Part shown: positions 1 through 13,450 of the stretch, one piece after another
Layout: the number at the start of each line of letters is the position of its first letter
How positions within the stretch are numbered: the first letter of the stretch is position 1
Origin: Octopus vulgaris
Lineage: Eukaryota
NCBI GenBank assembly: GCA_951406725.2
Contig: OX597814.1
Coordinates: 137,578,001-137,642,000, forward strand
DNA length: 64,000 bases
Reading direction: 5' to 3'
Position numbers and translations under genes: made by a program
Notes under the pieces: generated by a model
Database searches by the model: none
What the model saw: the letters and a program-made list of their open reading frames with translations, nothing else
Told to the model about the DNA's origin: nothing

Positions 1-1273
1 CCGTGACCGTGTTGGGATCAAATATCACTTCCTAAGCTCATTAGTTACCGTGATCGTTGAGAGGACAAAGAACATTCCATCATCCTGAACAACTGGAGCA
101 CCGGTTCAACTCCAACCAATGGAAGAAGGGGCGCAATGTTTTTCTGTTTATCTACCTCTGTAAAAATATATAAATTATATATACGTATCATGTTATGCTG
201 CCCTCTCTGTATACATGCAAATATTTATTATTTTATAAATTATTATATATATACTATTTTAGCAACTAGTTTTTATAACTATTTTTATTTTTATTAAAAA
301 TATTTATAATATTTATAAACAATTTTTAAATATTATAATTCTTATAAATTTTTAATAATGTATATATGTTTTTATAATGTATATTTGTACGTATGTAAAC
401 CTATATGGCCAATATACATTCAGGCCTATATATATAAACATTATTTACAAACATATATATACATTACTCCAAGTATGCCGTGTATAAGGGTATTGCTATG
501 TTATTGATGTGTATGGGGGTATTAGTATATACATTATGGTATGTTCAGGTATCTGTTTGTTTTCTTGGTAATTGCCTGTATATATATATATATATATGTA
601 TGTATAGACAGATAGATAGTTAGATAGATAGATAGGTATTTATCAGTGCATGTTGTTTCCATGTACAAAAGTCATTTGTATATGCATATATGGTTGTACC
701 AGTATGTATACACATAAACTTTTAGATATAAAGCTATGTATGACACACAATTTTTGCATGTACATGTACATATCCATCTACATATGATGTCAATCTATTT
801 ACTCCTTATTATTATAGCAAATATAAGTAAGACTGTATTCCCTACCTACTAATTGTTATCTCCCCTACACTACTCATAATTCTGACATTTTTTCACTTTT
901 CTCTTCAATTATACACAACTCCTTTCGCTATTATTAAATATAACTTTTCTATACTGTCCCATAGTTGCTTATATATGTTTTAGCAGTGGATAATGTAAGT
1001 TAATTCCCCCTCATCTTCTTATTTATTTTTTTATTTTCTAATTTTTATTTTTATTTTATTAAACGTTTTTTAGTATCTACCTCTTAAAATATGCTTCTAC
1101 AAGTTTAACTACATTCCGGAATATTACACTTATTTTCTTCTATTAGAATTTAGACATTATTTACATAAAACATTTTAATTATAAATTTTATATACCACAA
1201 ACCATTATGGTTACTATTAAATATTTTTTTCTAATTAATTACTTAGCTGTATTTATTATTGGTGGTTAAATAA

Positions 1274-1487
1274 GGCGGTGAGCTGGCAGAATCATTAGCA
1301 TGCTGGTCGAAATACTTAGAGGTATTTAGTCTGTCTTTTTGTTCTGAGTTTAAATTCTGAGGTCGACTTTGCCTTTCATCCTTTCTGAGTCAATAAATTA
1401 AGTACCAGTAAAATTCTGGGGTCGATGTAATCAACTAGTCCCCTCCCCCAAAGTTTCAGGCCTTATGCCTATAATAGAAAGGATTAT
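1274..1487 (+). mobile_element. tRNA-derived SINE, family A (GGCGGCGAGCTGGCAGAA head)
   Basis: Pol III-like head (gagctggcagaa ... gagtttaaattc) and a body (gtcgactttgcctttcatcc ... aagtaccagt ... ggggtcgatgtaatc) shared with the copies at 16525, 36278 and 37505. Confidence 0.8.
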
Positions 1488-1800
1488 TGATGGTTAAATA
1501 TAAATTTTAGTCCCCAGTATTTCAAAATTCCGAACTTCCTTATTTGGGTAGTCCTTATCTTTAATATACAGCCCTAGCAAGTTTCACCTCATATATGGGA
1601 GTTTTAAATTGGCACCTTTATATTAATCTATAAAGAGAATGTTACCCTTATTAGTATTATATACATCAACACCCAAGCATTATACTTTAGTTTTGTTTTA
1701 AATAGACATGACTCCAAGAACAATAACACATTACAGAAATATGTAAGAACACCATACCTATGTAATCCTAACTTCGTTTTAGCTTTTTTTTTTATTTTCG

Positions 1801-1878
1801 ACTACTAATGAGTACTTTTTGACAACTCAAATTCTTAAAATGAATTTATTGTCTTTCTGTATGAAACAATTGTATAGC
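1801..1878 (+). ncRNA. Degenerate type I hammerhead ribozyme (PLE-type, palindromic stem III)
   Basis: cta-CTAATGA-(gtac..gacaa..aaattc / gaattt..ttgtc..gtat)-GAAA-caattg-TA-tag; one core substitution (CTGATGA to CTAATGA). Confidence 0.55.
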
Positions 1879-2011
1879 TACATGAAGAAAAAAATTATCA
1901 TCCATATTAACATCTAATCTCCATTTATGTAAAATATGATTGACTTTGTTGAACTTTGTTTAATAAGTTAAATCATATACTTAATATATCTATATATGCA
2001 TACATATATAC

Positions 2012-2062
<51 letters not shown>

Positions 2063-2128
2063 GGTCCCGGGTTGATTCGGGGTTAACCACAGTAAATAAG
2101 GTACTCAATACCTAGCAGAGTAAAATTA

Positions 2129-2340
2129 ATTTATTATATAGAAGGAGCTTCTACAGGACTAGAACTGTTTCATTCAAGAGAAATCTTCAGGAAGCTAGTT
2201 AACAAGAATTGTATTGGCATTTATACATTTAGGCAGGTTTAAAGGGGTGTTGGTGGGGGACTTTTTGGGGGTAGGCATAGCGCAAAATATCATACTTGGG
2301 GGAGTGGTCAAGGAGTCAGTGTTAAATTAGATAGAAGAAT

Positions 2341-2416
<76 letters not shown>

Positions 2417-3302
2417 AAAAAAAGGGGGATAGAGTTTTAGGTAAATAAGGAGATTCTCACTTATACCTATGCACATATGTATACATATATACACACGCAT
2501 ACAAACATATACATATACATACACACATACATACACACACATATATATATATACATATATATACACTTACACATACATATACATATCTACACATACACAT
2601 ATATATGTATACATACACACACTCACATGCATACACGTATACACACATGTATATATACACACACACGACCACACATACATATACACACAGAAAAATATAT
2701 ATACACATACACACACATACTCACATACACGCATACACACACAAATCCACACACACACATGCACACCCAGCACACTAGTCCCTATATACACATACACACA
2801 TATATATATATATATACATACACACACATACATATACATACACACACATATATATATACATCTATATATATATATATATATATACATACACATGTGTACC
2901 CATGCATATCTACACATACACACATATATATGTACACATACAAATACAGACCCATTCCCTAATTTTAATTTTATTATCTTCGTTTATTACTTTTGTTATC
3001 TTTGGCCGCTTGGTCACAAACATCTTGGCTATGACAGCCAGTCCATTTATCTGTCTACTGGAAAACAAGCACTCATTCACTCACGCACACTCTTTAGCAC
3101 GTACACTCACTCATTCGTACACTCATACACATACACGCACGCACGCGTTATATTCATACATACATACATCTACGTACATTCACGTATATACACATACGTA
3201 CGCGTACCTACAGATTCATGTCTACACTCTTAGAAGGCTAGTCTATACATATACACCAATAAATATAAATACACACACATACACGTACACCTACATACAA
3301 AT

Positions 3303-3377
<75 letters not shown>

Positions 3378-3604
3378 CATATTCACATATATACACATAT
3401 ATACATACACACACATATACATACACATATACACACACACATATACACATATATACACACATACACATACATACATGTACACACATACACATACATACGT
3501 ATACATACATACATACATCCATACATCCATACATACATACATTTATACACATACACACACCCACATACATACATATATATACGCGCATATATATATATCC
3601 ATAT

Positions 3605-3637
<33 letters not shown>

Positions 3638-4049
3638 CATACATACATATATATTCATACACACACATACACATACATACATACATATACAAATATACGC
3701 ACACACATACATACATACTCATATACTCATACACACACATACACATGTACATGCGTCCCCTTACACGCACACACACACGCGCGCGTCCATATATACACAT
3801 AAGTACACCCATGCGTAAGAGTATACATATATCTATGCTTACACATACACACACACACACGCGCCTCCTTATATTCATACTTACATGCATACTCAAAAAA
3901 TAAGTAAATAGTAAAATATATATACGCGCAGTTATTCATACATGCATACTCAAAAAATAAATAATAAATAAAAAATATTAAGTATATGTACGTGCAATTA
4001 CCTATTATATAGACGGATACATACATATAAACTTACACACATAGATATA

Positions 4050-4085
<36 letters not shown>

Positions 4086-4153
4086 ATATATATATAAAAA
4101 CATATATATACATACACACATACACATATATATACACATACACACATACATAC

Positions 4154-4230
<77 letters not shown>

Positions 4231-4540
4231 CTTACACATGTACATATAAATACACACATAGATAACTCTACGTACCTACATATACATAAACACACGAGCG
4301 TACGCGTATATGTACATATACACATACACATACACACGCATATATATACATACATACATACACATACACACATGTGTATACACATACACACACATACACA
4401 TATATATACATACACATATATATACACATATATATATATATATATATATAATACATATATACATACATATATATATATACACACACTTACACACATATAT
4501 ACATACACATGTACATACATACATACGTATATGCATACAT

Positions 4541-4585
<45 letters not shown>

Positions 4586-4674
4586 CATACATACATACAC
4601 AAACACATACCCATACATATATATACACACACATATATATACACATGCACATACTTATATCTCTACATACTCGC

Positions 4675-4711
<37 letters not shown>

Positions 4712-5028
4712 TATATACATACATATATACATACATATACACACACACATACATATACCTATATACATGCATATATACACATACATATATATACACATCT
4801 ACAATTTGTATCTACACTCACATACCTGCACATACACATAACTCTACATACCTACAAATACATCGACATACTCGCGTACACTCATATATATACACATATA
4901 TACATATACACACACACATACATATACATATACATATATATAAACATATACACACATAATACACATATACACACACACATACATATATGTATATATATAT
5001 ATATACATATATACATACATACACACAC

Positions 5029-5083
<55 letters not shown>

Positions 5084-5484
5084 CATACATATATATATAT
5101 ATATACATACATACATACATACACATATACATACATGTACATATACACATACACACACATATATATATACATACACATACATATATCAACAATTGAGGGT
5201 AAGGTTAATTAGTTATTAATCAATTTCACCAAGTATTCAGTTGTAAAAGGACCATTATTTTTATGAGTAAACAATGTCTGAGGGAAAATATTCTCTAAGT
5301 AGTGGAAGAGGCTAAAAAACTTTATTGGCTGCTATTTCTAGAAAGTTCAGTATGCGGCAGAGTAATTTATTTTACTAAGCCCTAATTATATAATATTTTA
5401 TACATACATACACATACATACACACATACATATACACATACATATGCATACACACATATATACATATATACATACATACATCTA

Positions 5485-5566
<82 letters not shown>

Positions 5567-5687
5567 TATATATTTTTTTACATACATACACGCACACACA
5601 CACATAATATATAATACATGCGTATAATCCTACTATACCCATACATTTCTATACATATATACGATACACATATACAAGCGTGCACAT
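2129..5687 (-). repeat. Left arm of a ~7.5-kb palindrome (sense 3' region / pseudo-LTR of a Penelope-like element)
   Basis: Reverse complement of 5982-9590, including the unique islands at ~2130-2480, ~2945-3250 and ~5190-5400; lies downstream of the GIY-YIG C-terminus on the - strand. Confidence 0.9.
2146..2196 (-). ncRNA. Type I hammerhead ribozyme
   Basis: - strand reads agcttc CTGAAGA tttctcttgaat GAAA cagttctagtcctg TA gaagct; core boxes, 6-bp stem I, stems II and III and the GUA site are all present. Confidence 0.85.
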
Positions 5688-5981
5688 ACAATATGTGAAA
5701 GGTCTTAGGAGAAAAGGTAATCGGGGGTGCTAGGGGAACGGTGGGGTTGGGGGGGTTTGTGGGTGGGGTGTCATCAATCTGGTTGCCGGGTAGGTCTATA
5801 GTTCTTGTAGTTCGCATACTTTTTATGCATACAATTTGGGGAGTGTTCTGAGATTTTGTTAAGGAGAGGGCCTTTGGCGAACAAGATCTCTAGGCTCTCC
5901 GATATGCAGAGGTCACAGCAGGTATGGCCTCCTGTGTACGAGCGCGCCTTCTGTAGTAGTTTCCACTTGGTCTTGAAGGGG
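5688..5981 (-). mobile_element. Palindrome spacer: C-terminal end of a Penelope-like GIY-YIG endonuclease ORF
   Basis: ORF 5774-5989 gives KWKLLQKARSYTGGHTCCDLCISESLEILFAKGPLLNKISE..CMHKK, matching the W-x-I/L...CxLC..EK..I...LN.RSE...C.H motif seen at 56700-56984, 50690-50880 and 59091-59306. Confidence 0.85.
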
Positions 5982-6104
5982 ATGTGCACGCCTGTATATG
6001 TGTATCGTATATATGTATAGAAATGTATGGGTATAGTAGGATTATACGCATGTATTATATATTATGTGTGTGTGTGTGCGTGTATGTATGTAAAAAAAAA
6101 TATA

Positions 6105-6142
<38 letters not shown>

Positions 6143-6571
6143 CGTGTGTGTGTGTGTGTGTGTGTGTATATGTATAGATGTATGTATGTATATATGTATG
6201 TGTGTATGCATATGTATGTGTATATGTATGTGTGTATGTATGTGTATGTATGTATAAAATATTATATAATTAGGGCTTAGTAAAATAAATTACTCTGCCG
6301 CATACTGAACTTTCTAGAAATAGCAGCCAATAAAGTTTTTTAGCCTCTTCCACTACTTAGAGAATATTTTCCCTCAGACATTGTTTACTCATAAAAATAA
6401 TGGTCCTTTTACAACTGAATACTTGGTGAAATTGATTAATAACTAATTAACCTTACCCTCAATTGTTGATATATGTATGTGTATGTATATATATATGTGT
6501 GTGTATGTGTATATGTACATGTATGTATATGTGTATGTATGTATGTATGTATATATATATATATATGTATG

Positions 6572-6630
<59 letters not shown>

Positions 6631-6939
6631 GTGTGTGTATGTATGTATATATGTATATATATATATACATATATGTATGTGTGTGTGTATATGTGTATTA
6701 TGTGTGTATATGTTTATATATATGTATATGTATATGTATATGTATGTGTGTGTGTATATGTATATATGTGTATATATATGAGTGTACGCGAGTATGTCGA
6801 TGTATTTGTAGGTATGTAGAGTTATGTGTATGTGCAGGTATGTGAGTGTAGATACAAATTGTATATGTGTATATATATGTATGTGTATATATGCATGTAT
6901 ATAGGTATATGTATGTGTGTGTGTATATGTATGTATATA

Positions 6940-6993
<54 letters not shown>

Positions 6994-7082
6994 GCGAGTA
7001 TGTAGAGATATAAGTATGTGCATGTGTATATATATGTGTGTGTATATATATGTATGGGTATGTGTTTGTGTATGTATGTATG

Positions 7083-7127
<45 letters not shown>

Positions 7128-7523
7128 ATGTATGCATATACGTATGTATGTATGTACATGTGTATGTATATATGTGTGTAAGTGTGTGTATATATGTAAA
7201 TGTAAGTGTGTGTGCTTGTATGAGAATGTATGTATGTTTGCACACATGTATATATGTGTGTGTATGTGTATGTGTATATATATATATGTATGTATATATG
7301 TATGTATATATATATATATATATATGTGTATATATATGTGTATGTATATATATGTGTATGTGTGTGTATGTGTATACACATGTGTGTATGTGTATGTATG
7401 TATGTATATATATGCGTGTGTATGTGTATGTGTATATGTACATATACGCGTACGCTCGTGTGTTTATGTATATGTAGGTACGTAGAGTTATCTATGTGTG
7501 TATTTATATGTACATGTGTAAGT

Positions 7524-7557
<34 letters not shown>

Positions 7558-7558
7558 A

Positions 7559-7589
<31 letters not shown>

Positions 7590-7639
7590 GTATGTATGTG
7601 TGTATGTGTATATATATGTGTATGTGTGTATGTATATAT

Positions 7640-7673
<34 letters not shown>

Positions 7674-8080
7674 CTATGTGTGTAAGTTTATATGTATGTA
7701 TCCGTCTATATAATAGGTAATTGCACGTACATATACTTAATATTTTTTATTTATTATTTATTTTTTGAGTATGCATGTATGAATAACTGCGCGTATATAT
7801 ATTTTACTATTTACTTATTTTTTGAGTATGCATGTAAGTATGAATATAAGGAGGCGCGTGTGTGTGTGTGTATGTGTAAGCATAGATATATGTATACTCT
7901 TACGCATGGGTGTACTTATGTGTATATATGGACGAGCGCGTGTGTGTGTGCGTGTAAGGGGACGCATGTACATGTGTATGTGTGTGTATGAGTATATGAG
8001 TATGTATGTATGTGTGTGCGTATATTTGTATATGTATGTATGTATGTGTATGTGTGTGTATGAATATATATGTATATATG

Positions 8081-8113
<33 letters not shown>

Positions 8114-8346
8114 ATATGGATATATATATGCGCGTATATATATGTATGTATGTGGGTGTGTGTATGTGTATAAATGTATGTATGTATGGATGTATGGATG
8201 TATGTATGTATGTATACGTATGTATGTGTATGTGTGTACATGTATGTATGTGTATGTGTGTATATATGTGTATATGTGTGTATATGTGTATATATGTGTA
8301 TGTATATGTGTGTGTATGTATATATGTGTATATATGTGTGAATATG

Positions 8347-8404
<58 letters not shown>

Positions 8405-8825
8405 TGTATGTATTTGTATGTAGGTGTACGTGTATGTGTGTGTATTTATATTTATTGGTGTATATGTATAGACTAGCCTTCTAAGAGTGTAGACATGAAT
8501 CTGTAGGTACGCGTACGTATGTGTATATACGTGAATGTATGTAGATGTATGTATGTATGAATATAACGCGTGCGTGCGTGTATGTGTATGAGTGTACGAA
8601 TGAGTGAGTGTACGTGCTAAAGAGTGTGCGTGAGTGAATGAGTGCTTGTTTTCCAGTAGACAGATAAATGGACTGGCTGTCATAGCCAAGATGTTTGTGA
8701 CCAAGCGGCCAAAGATAACAAAAGTAATAAACGAAGATAATAAAATTAAAATTAGGGAATGGGTCTGTATTTGTATGTGTATATATATATGTGTGTATGT
8801 GTAGATATGCATGGGTACACATGTG

Positions 8826-8874
<49 letters not shown>

Positions 8875-9344
8875 GTGTGTGTATGTATATGTATGTGTGT
8901 GTATGTATATATATATATATGTGTGTATGTGTATATATGTGTATATAGGGACTAGTGTGCTGGGTGTGCATGTGTGTGTGTGGATTTGTGTGTGTATGCG
9001 TGTATGTGAGTATGTGTGTGTATGTGTATATATATTTTTCTGTGTGTATATGTATGTGTGGTCGTGTGTGTGTATATATACATGTGTGTATACGTGTATG
9101 CATGTGAGTGTGTGTATGTATACATATATATGTGTATGTGTAGATATGTATATGTATGTGTAAGTGTATATATATGTATATATATATATGTGTGTGTATG
9201 TATGTGTGTATGTATATGTATATGTTTGTATGCGTGTGTATATATGTATACATATGTGCATAGGTATAAGTGAGAATCTCCTTATTTACCTAAAACTCTA
9301 TCCCCCTTTTTTTTTATATATATATATATATATATATTTTATTT

Positions 9345-9378
<34 letters not shown>

Positions 9379-9584
9379 ATTCTTCTATCTAATTTAACAC
9401 TGACTCCTTGACCACTCCCCCAAGCATGATATTTTGCGCTATGCCTACCCCCAAAAAGTCCCCCACCAACACCCCTTTAAACCTGCCTAAATGTATAAAT
9501 GCCAATACAATTCTTGTTAACTAGCTTCCTGAAGATTTCTCTTGAATGAAACAGTTCTAGTCCTGTAGAAGCTCCTTCTATATA

Positions 9585-9590
<6 letters not shown>
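5982..9590 (+). repeat. Right arm of the ~7.5-kb palindrome (inverted pseudo-LTR copy)
   Basis: Reverse complement of 2129-5687; ends directly in (TA)n. Confidence 0.9.
9523..9573 (+). ncRNA. Type I hammerhead ribozyme
   Basis: agcttc CTGAAGA(9529-9535) tttctcttgaat GAAA(9548-9551) cagttctagtcctg TA gaagct; predicted cleavage after GTA at 9567. Confidence 0.85.
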
Positions 9591-9632
<42 letters not shown>

Positions 9633-9754
9633 ATATATATATGCATACATATATACATACATATATATATGTGCATACATATATACACATACATATATAC
9701 ACATACATACATATATACATATAGATACATATATACACATATATATATATATAC

Positions 9755-9802
<48 letters not shown>

Positions 9803-10172
9803 TAAATAAAACATATGCATATATACATACATATATGTACGAACCTACCTCTACATGTATATATACATGCATATATGGGTACAGGACACCAAAAAACCGT
9901 CGAACACAATGAGAAACGAAAACATAAACACAAAACCAAGGAACTGGACATTTTTCTTAAACAACGAAAAGATAGAATACAGGATAAATAACACAAGGAA
10001 AATTCCCCTTCAGTCACCATGGTTTCATCTACTCTGCATTTCGAAGGTGAAGGCGATACGCATCTTCGATAGAAACTTTCCTTCCCGCGAAAAGCAAATT
10101 AAGTAAAATTTGAGATCTTTTTGCGGAGGGGTAAAAATGGTAACAAAAACAGGACAGTAACGACAGTACAAA

Positions 10173-10230
<58 letters not shown>

Positions 10231-10941
10231 ATATACATACATATATATATAAATACATACATATACATACATACATATATATATGTATAATTTGTTTTGC
10301 AATATTCCTGGCGTGAAATTGTGTGTTGAAAGAGATATTGTTGTATTTCAGGATGGTCATTTAATTTTTTTTGCCAAATAAACACATGCACTATATATTT
10401 TTTCTTCACCCATTTATTACTGTTCTTATTCTATTATTTTAACTCCTGTCCATTGTCTGGAAGTCTTTCATGTGAGTTCTTGCTCCACTAACACCATTCT
10501 GTTCTTCTAAGCTGTGTATCCTTATGTGCACATGTGTGTGCATGCTTGTGAGTATGTCATAGTTTTTAGCAACAGTACGGCCTTCCCCTCAGCCCTATCC
10601 TCTCACCCCACTGTGCTGCTGCTATCCTAAGACCTGAACCCCCCACCAAAAAAAAATATGGTACAGTTCCTGTGTATGTGTGTTTGCTCACGTTGTTGCC
10701 ATTGTGGTAGTTGTTTTTGTTGTTATTGCCATCATTGGCACCACTGCTGCTGCTGATGTTAGTTGTGTTGTTGACATTGTTATGGCCATTCATTAAATTT
10801 CATGTGTGTATATGAGTTTGCTTTATATGTTGTATGTATCCATGCTCTTTATATAGTTTTATTTATTTATTTTATATATCTCTGTGTCATATTTATCATA
10901 TGTATATGACAGATATATTTATCTATTTATATATTTCCTTA

Positions 10942-11254
10942 TCTTTATATATAAAACTAAAGTTGTGTGTGTGTGTGTGTGTCTGTCTGTCTACTCCGAT
11001 TTAGATTCCTAACTACTCCCACATTTTGCGGTGCAGTTTAACCAAAAGTGGGTATCTTATAGTCGTGATTCATATCAAGCCCTTCTGGGTATTAGCGTGC
11101 GTCTACGATGAGTCTACGATTTAAAAAAAAATTACCATCATTTTTCCGCATTTTTAATGAATTTTGCTCGGTTATATAAGGGAAGTAACTCTCTAAAAAT
11201 GCTTATATAGTTATTTCCCTTACAAACACGAGCAACGCCGGGCGATACTGCTAG
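10942..11254 (+). mobile_element. Non-autonomous Helitron, family 1
   Basis: 5' TC start (a|tctttatatataaaact), subterminal GC-rich hairpin (cgagcaacgccggg), 3' CTAG|t; inverted copy at 28799-29097. Confidence 0.8.
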
Positions 11255-11809
11255 TTATTATTATTTTTTTTATACATCTATCTCTATTTCTCGTATCACA
11301 GGGAAGTACATAAATGTCTATTGTGTGTATTACCCTGTATATTTCTGTGTATTATTTACAGTTTTTTCCCCATCTCTCTTCTCATCCCTACTGTCTTTAG
11401 TCATGTGGTGTGGTGGCAGATGTTACTGTTCCATTTGTGTTTTCTATTGAAGCCCAGTCTGTCTACTGTTATGTGTGTAGCCTCTGTGAACTGTCTATGC
11501 TGTCATGTCAGTTCTATGTGTCGATATTACTTTGACCTCTATGCTATTAATCAAGCCACCGTGTTGAGCCCGAACATGTTGGCAGAGCACTGACGAGCTT
11601 TTCCCTTCTTTGAGCCCTTGTGAATATTCCCCTCTATGCTCTCCTATGCTGCATGCAGTCACTCTAATGCTGGTAGTTGTCATATTTGGGCACCATACCT
11701 CAGTACATCATAAGCTATACACTACATTCCTAACCTTACAGTTAACCTGTGGGTTAATCCTACATACAACACAATTGTACTCTGTAGAGGGGGACTTATC
11801 GAAGGAATA

Positions 11810-13450
11810 GGTATTACAGATCAGAAATATCTAATTTATGGTCTAATTCATTCCAGGTTCAACTGGTTCAACTCATTGATAATAAACTCAAATTTATCCA
11901 GTTTGATATCTGCAGTTATTATTCCTCTATTAATCCCATCATCCTTAATAAGGCCCTATGGTTCTCACATAATAAATCTGGCCTCACCTGTGATGAATTT
12001 CATGTTATTTTAACAGCTAGAAAATCTATTATCAAATTTGATAATATATTTTGGGCTCGTAAAGATTGACCTGACTGCTTTGATATATTTATGGGGTCTA
12101 GTGATTCAGCCCAATTTTCTGATTTGGTTGGTATTTATATTCTATCAGAATCACAAGGATTGCCTCCTTTACCTTCAAAATATCTCTAATCAACAATTAC
12201 AAAATGTTAAATATAATCTAGTTAAATTCTTTAGCAATATGGGCCAAAATATTACATTTGATGATGATAGAACAAAGGTTAATTTCCTTGACCTTACACT
12301 CAACTTAGATACAACTTTATATTTCCCATACCATAAACCTTCAATCAATCTAAAATATATCAGCATTTTTAGCAATCATCCTACTAATATAACAAAAAAA
12401 TTTGGTTAAAAACATGTCACTTAGAATCTCTAAATTATCCGCCAATATTAATGTTTTCAATAATAATGCTGATTTCTATAAGCTGTCCTTATATAAGGTA
12501 GGATATAGGGAGCAAATTAAGTATTATAACCCTCTTGATCCCAATTCAACCTCTAATAATCTGGTTAATAGTAGTTATACTAATAATAACAATAATAATA
12601 ATACTCATAATGTTTCTCCCATAGGTAATAATCCAGATAATAACCCCTTATATCAAAATAGCCAAAGACCTAATTTTGGAAAATTTAAGAATAAAGTATA
12701 AGGGCAGTAATTATACTTCCCCACTCTTTCTGTGAAAATGGAAAAAACTCCCTATAAATCGCATGACCCTTGTAAAACTATTTGGTTTATTATTCCATAT
12801 GGAAAACAAGTTAAAAGTAACATTCCTTACCTATTTCTTCAAACCATCAAAAGGAACTGTCCCCAAAATTCCAAGTACTACTCCATTCTTAACACACATC
12901 GTATCCAAATTGATTACTCCAACACCAATAACCTCCTACAAATTATATCCTTGCATAACTACTATATTCTTAACGGTAAAAGCTTAATAAATGTAATAAC
13001 AATAATAATAATAATAATAATAATAATGATAATCTCTCCTTAAATAATAGTATTAATAATAATAGTCCTTGTAATTGTGATCCAAACAAAATTTGCAGAA
13101 TTAAAAATGTTGTTTATCAATGTAAAATTTATGCAGGAATATTTTTATGCTGGCATTTCATTCGCAGAATTAAAGAAACAAGTTGCTAACCATCTTTTTA
13201 CATTTAAATATATTCATAAACGTAATACTACAGATCTTAGTAAACTAATTTGGCATCTCAAAGACTGTAATAAATAATTTTCTTTGGATTGGAAAATTTT
13301 GCCAAGATTGTTTCCCTATGATAAAGGGAAATCTTTCTGCTCTCTTTGTATGTACAAACAAATATTTTCCCTTTTTCCAAACACACACTAGTCAACACCT
13401 ATAAAGAACATGTTTACATTGGAAAAAACACTCTTTCAGCTTTTTCAAAT
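11810..13450 (+). mobile_element. Degenerate Penelope-like retroelement (RT C-terminus, thumb, GIY-YIG)
   Basis: Frameshifted ORFs give NFLDLTLNL..YFPYHKP..SNHP, LRISKLS, IWFIIPY..FLQTIK, YAGISF..NHLFTF..TDLSKLIWHLKD and downstream WKIL..YDKGKSFCSLC. Confidence 0.85.

Noticed and set aside
2327-10409. Dozens of long ORFs rich in Y/I/H/T or C/V/M/Y
   Set aside because: They are translations of (TA)n/(CA)n/(TACA)n sequence, which lacks stop codons; open in several frames on both strands with no domain signal
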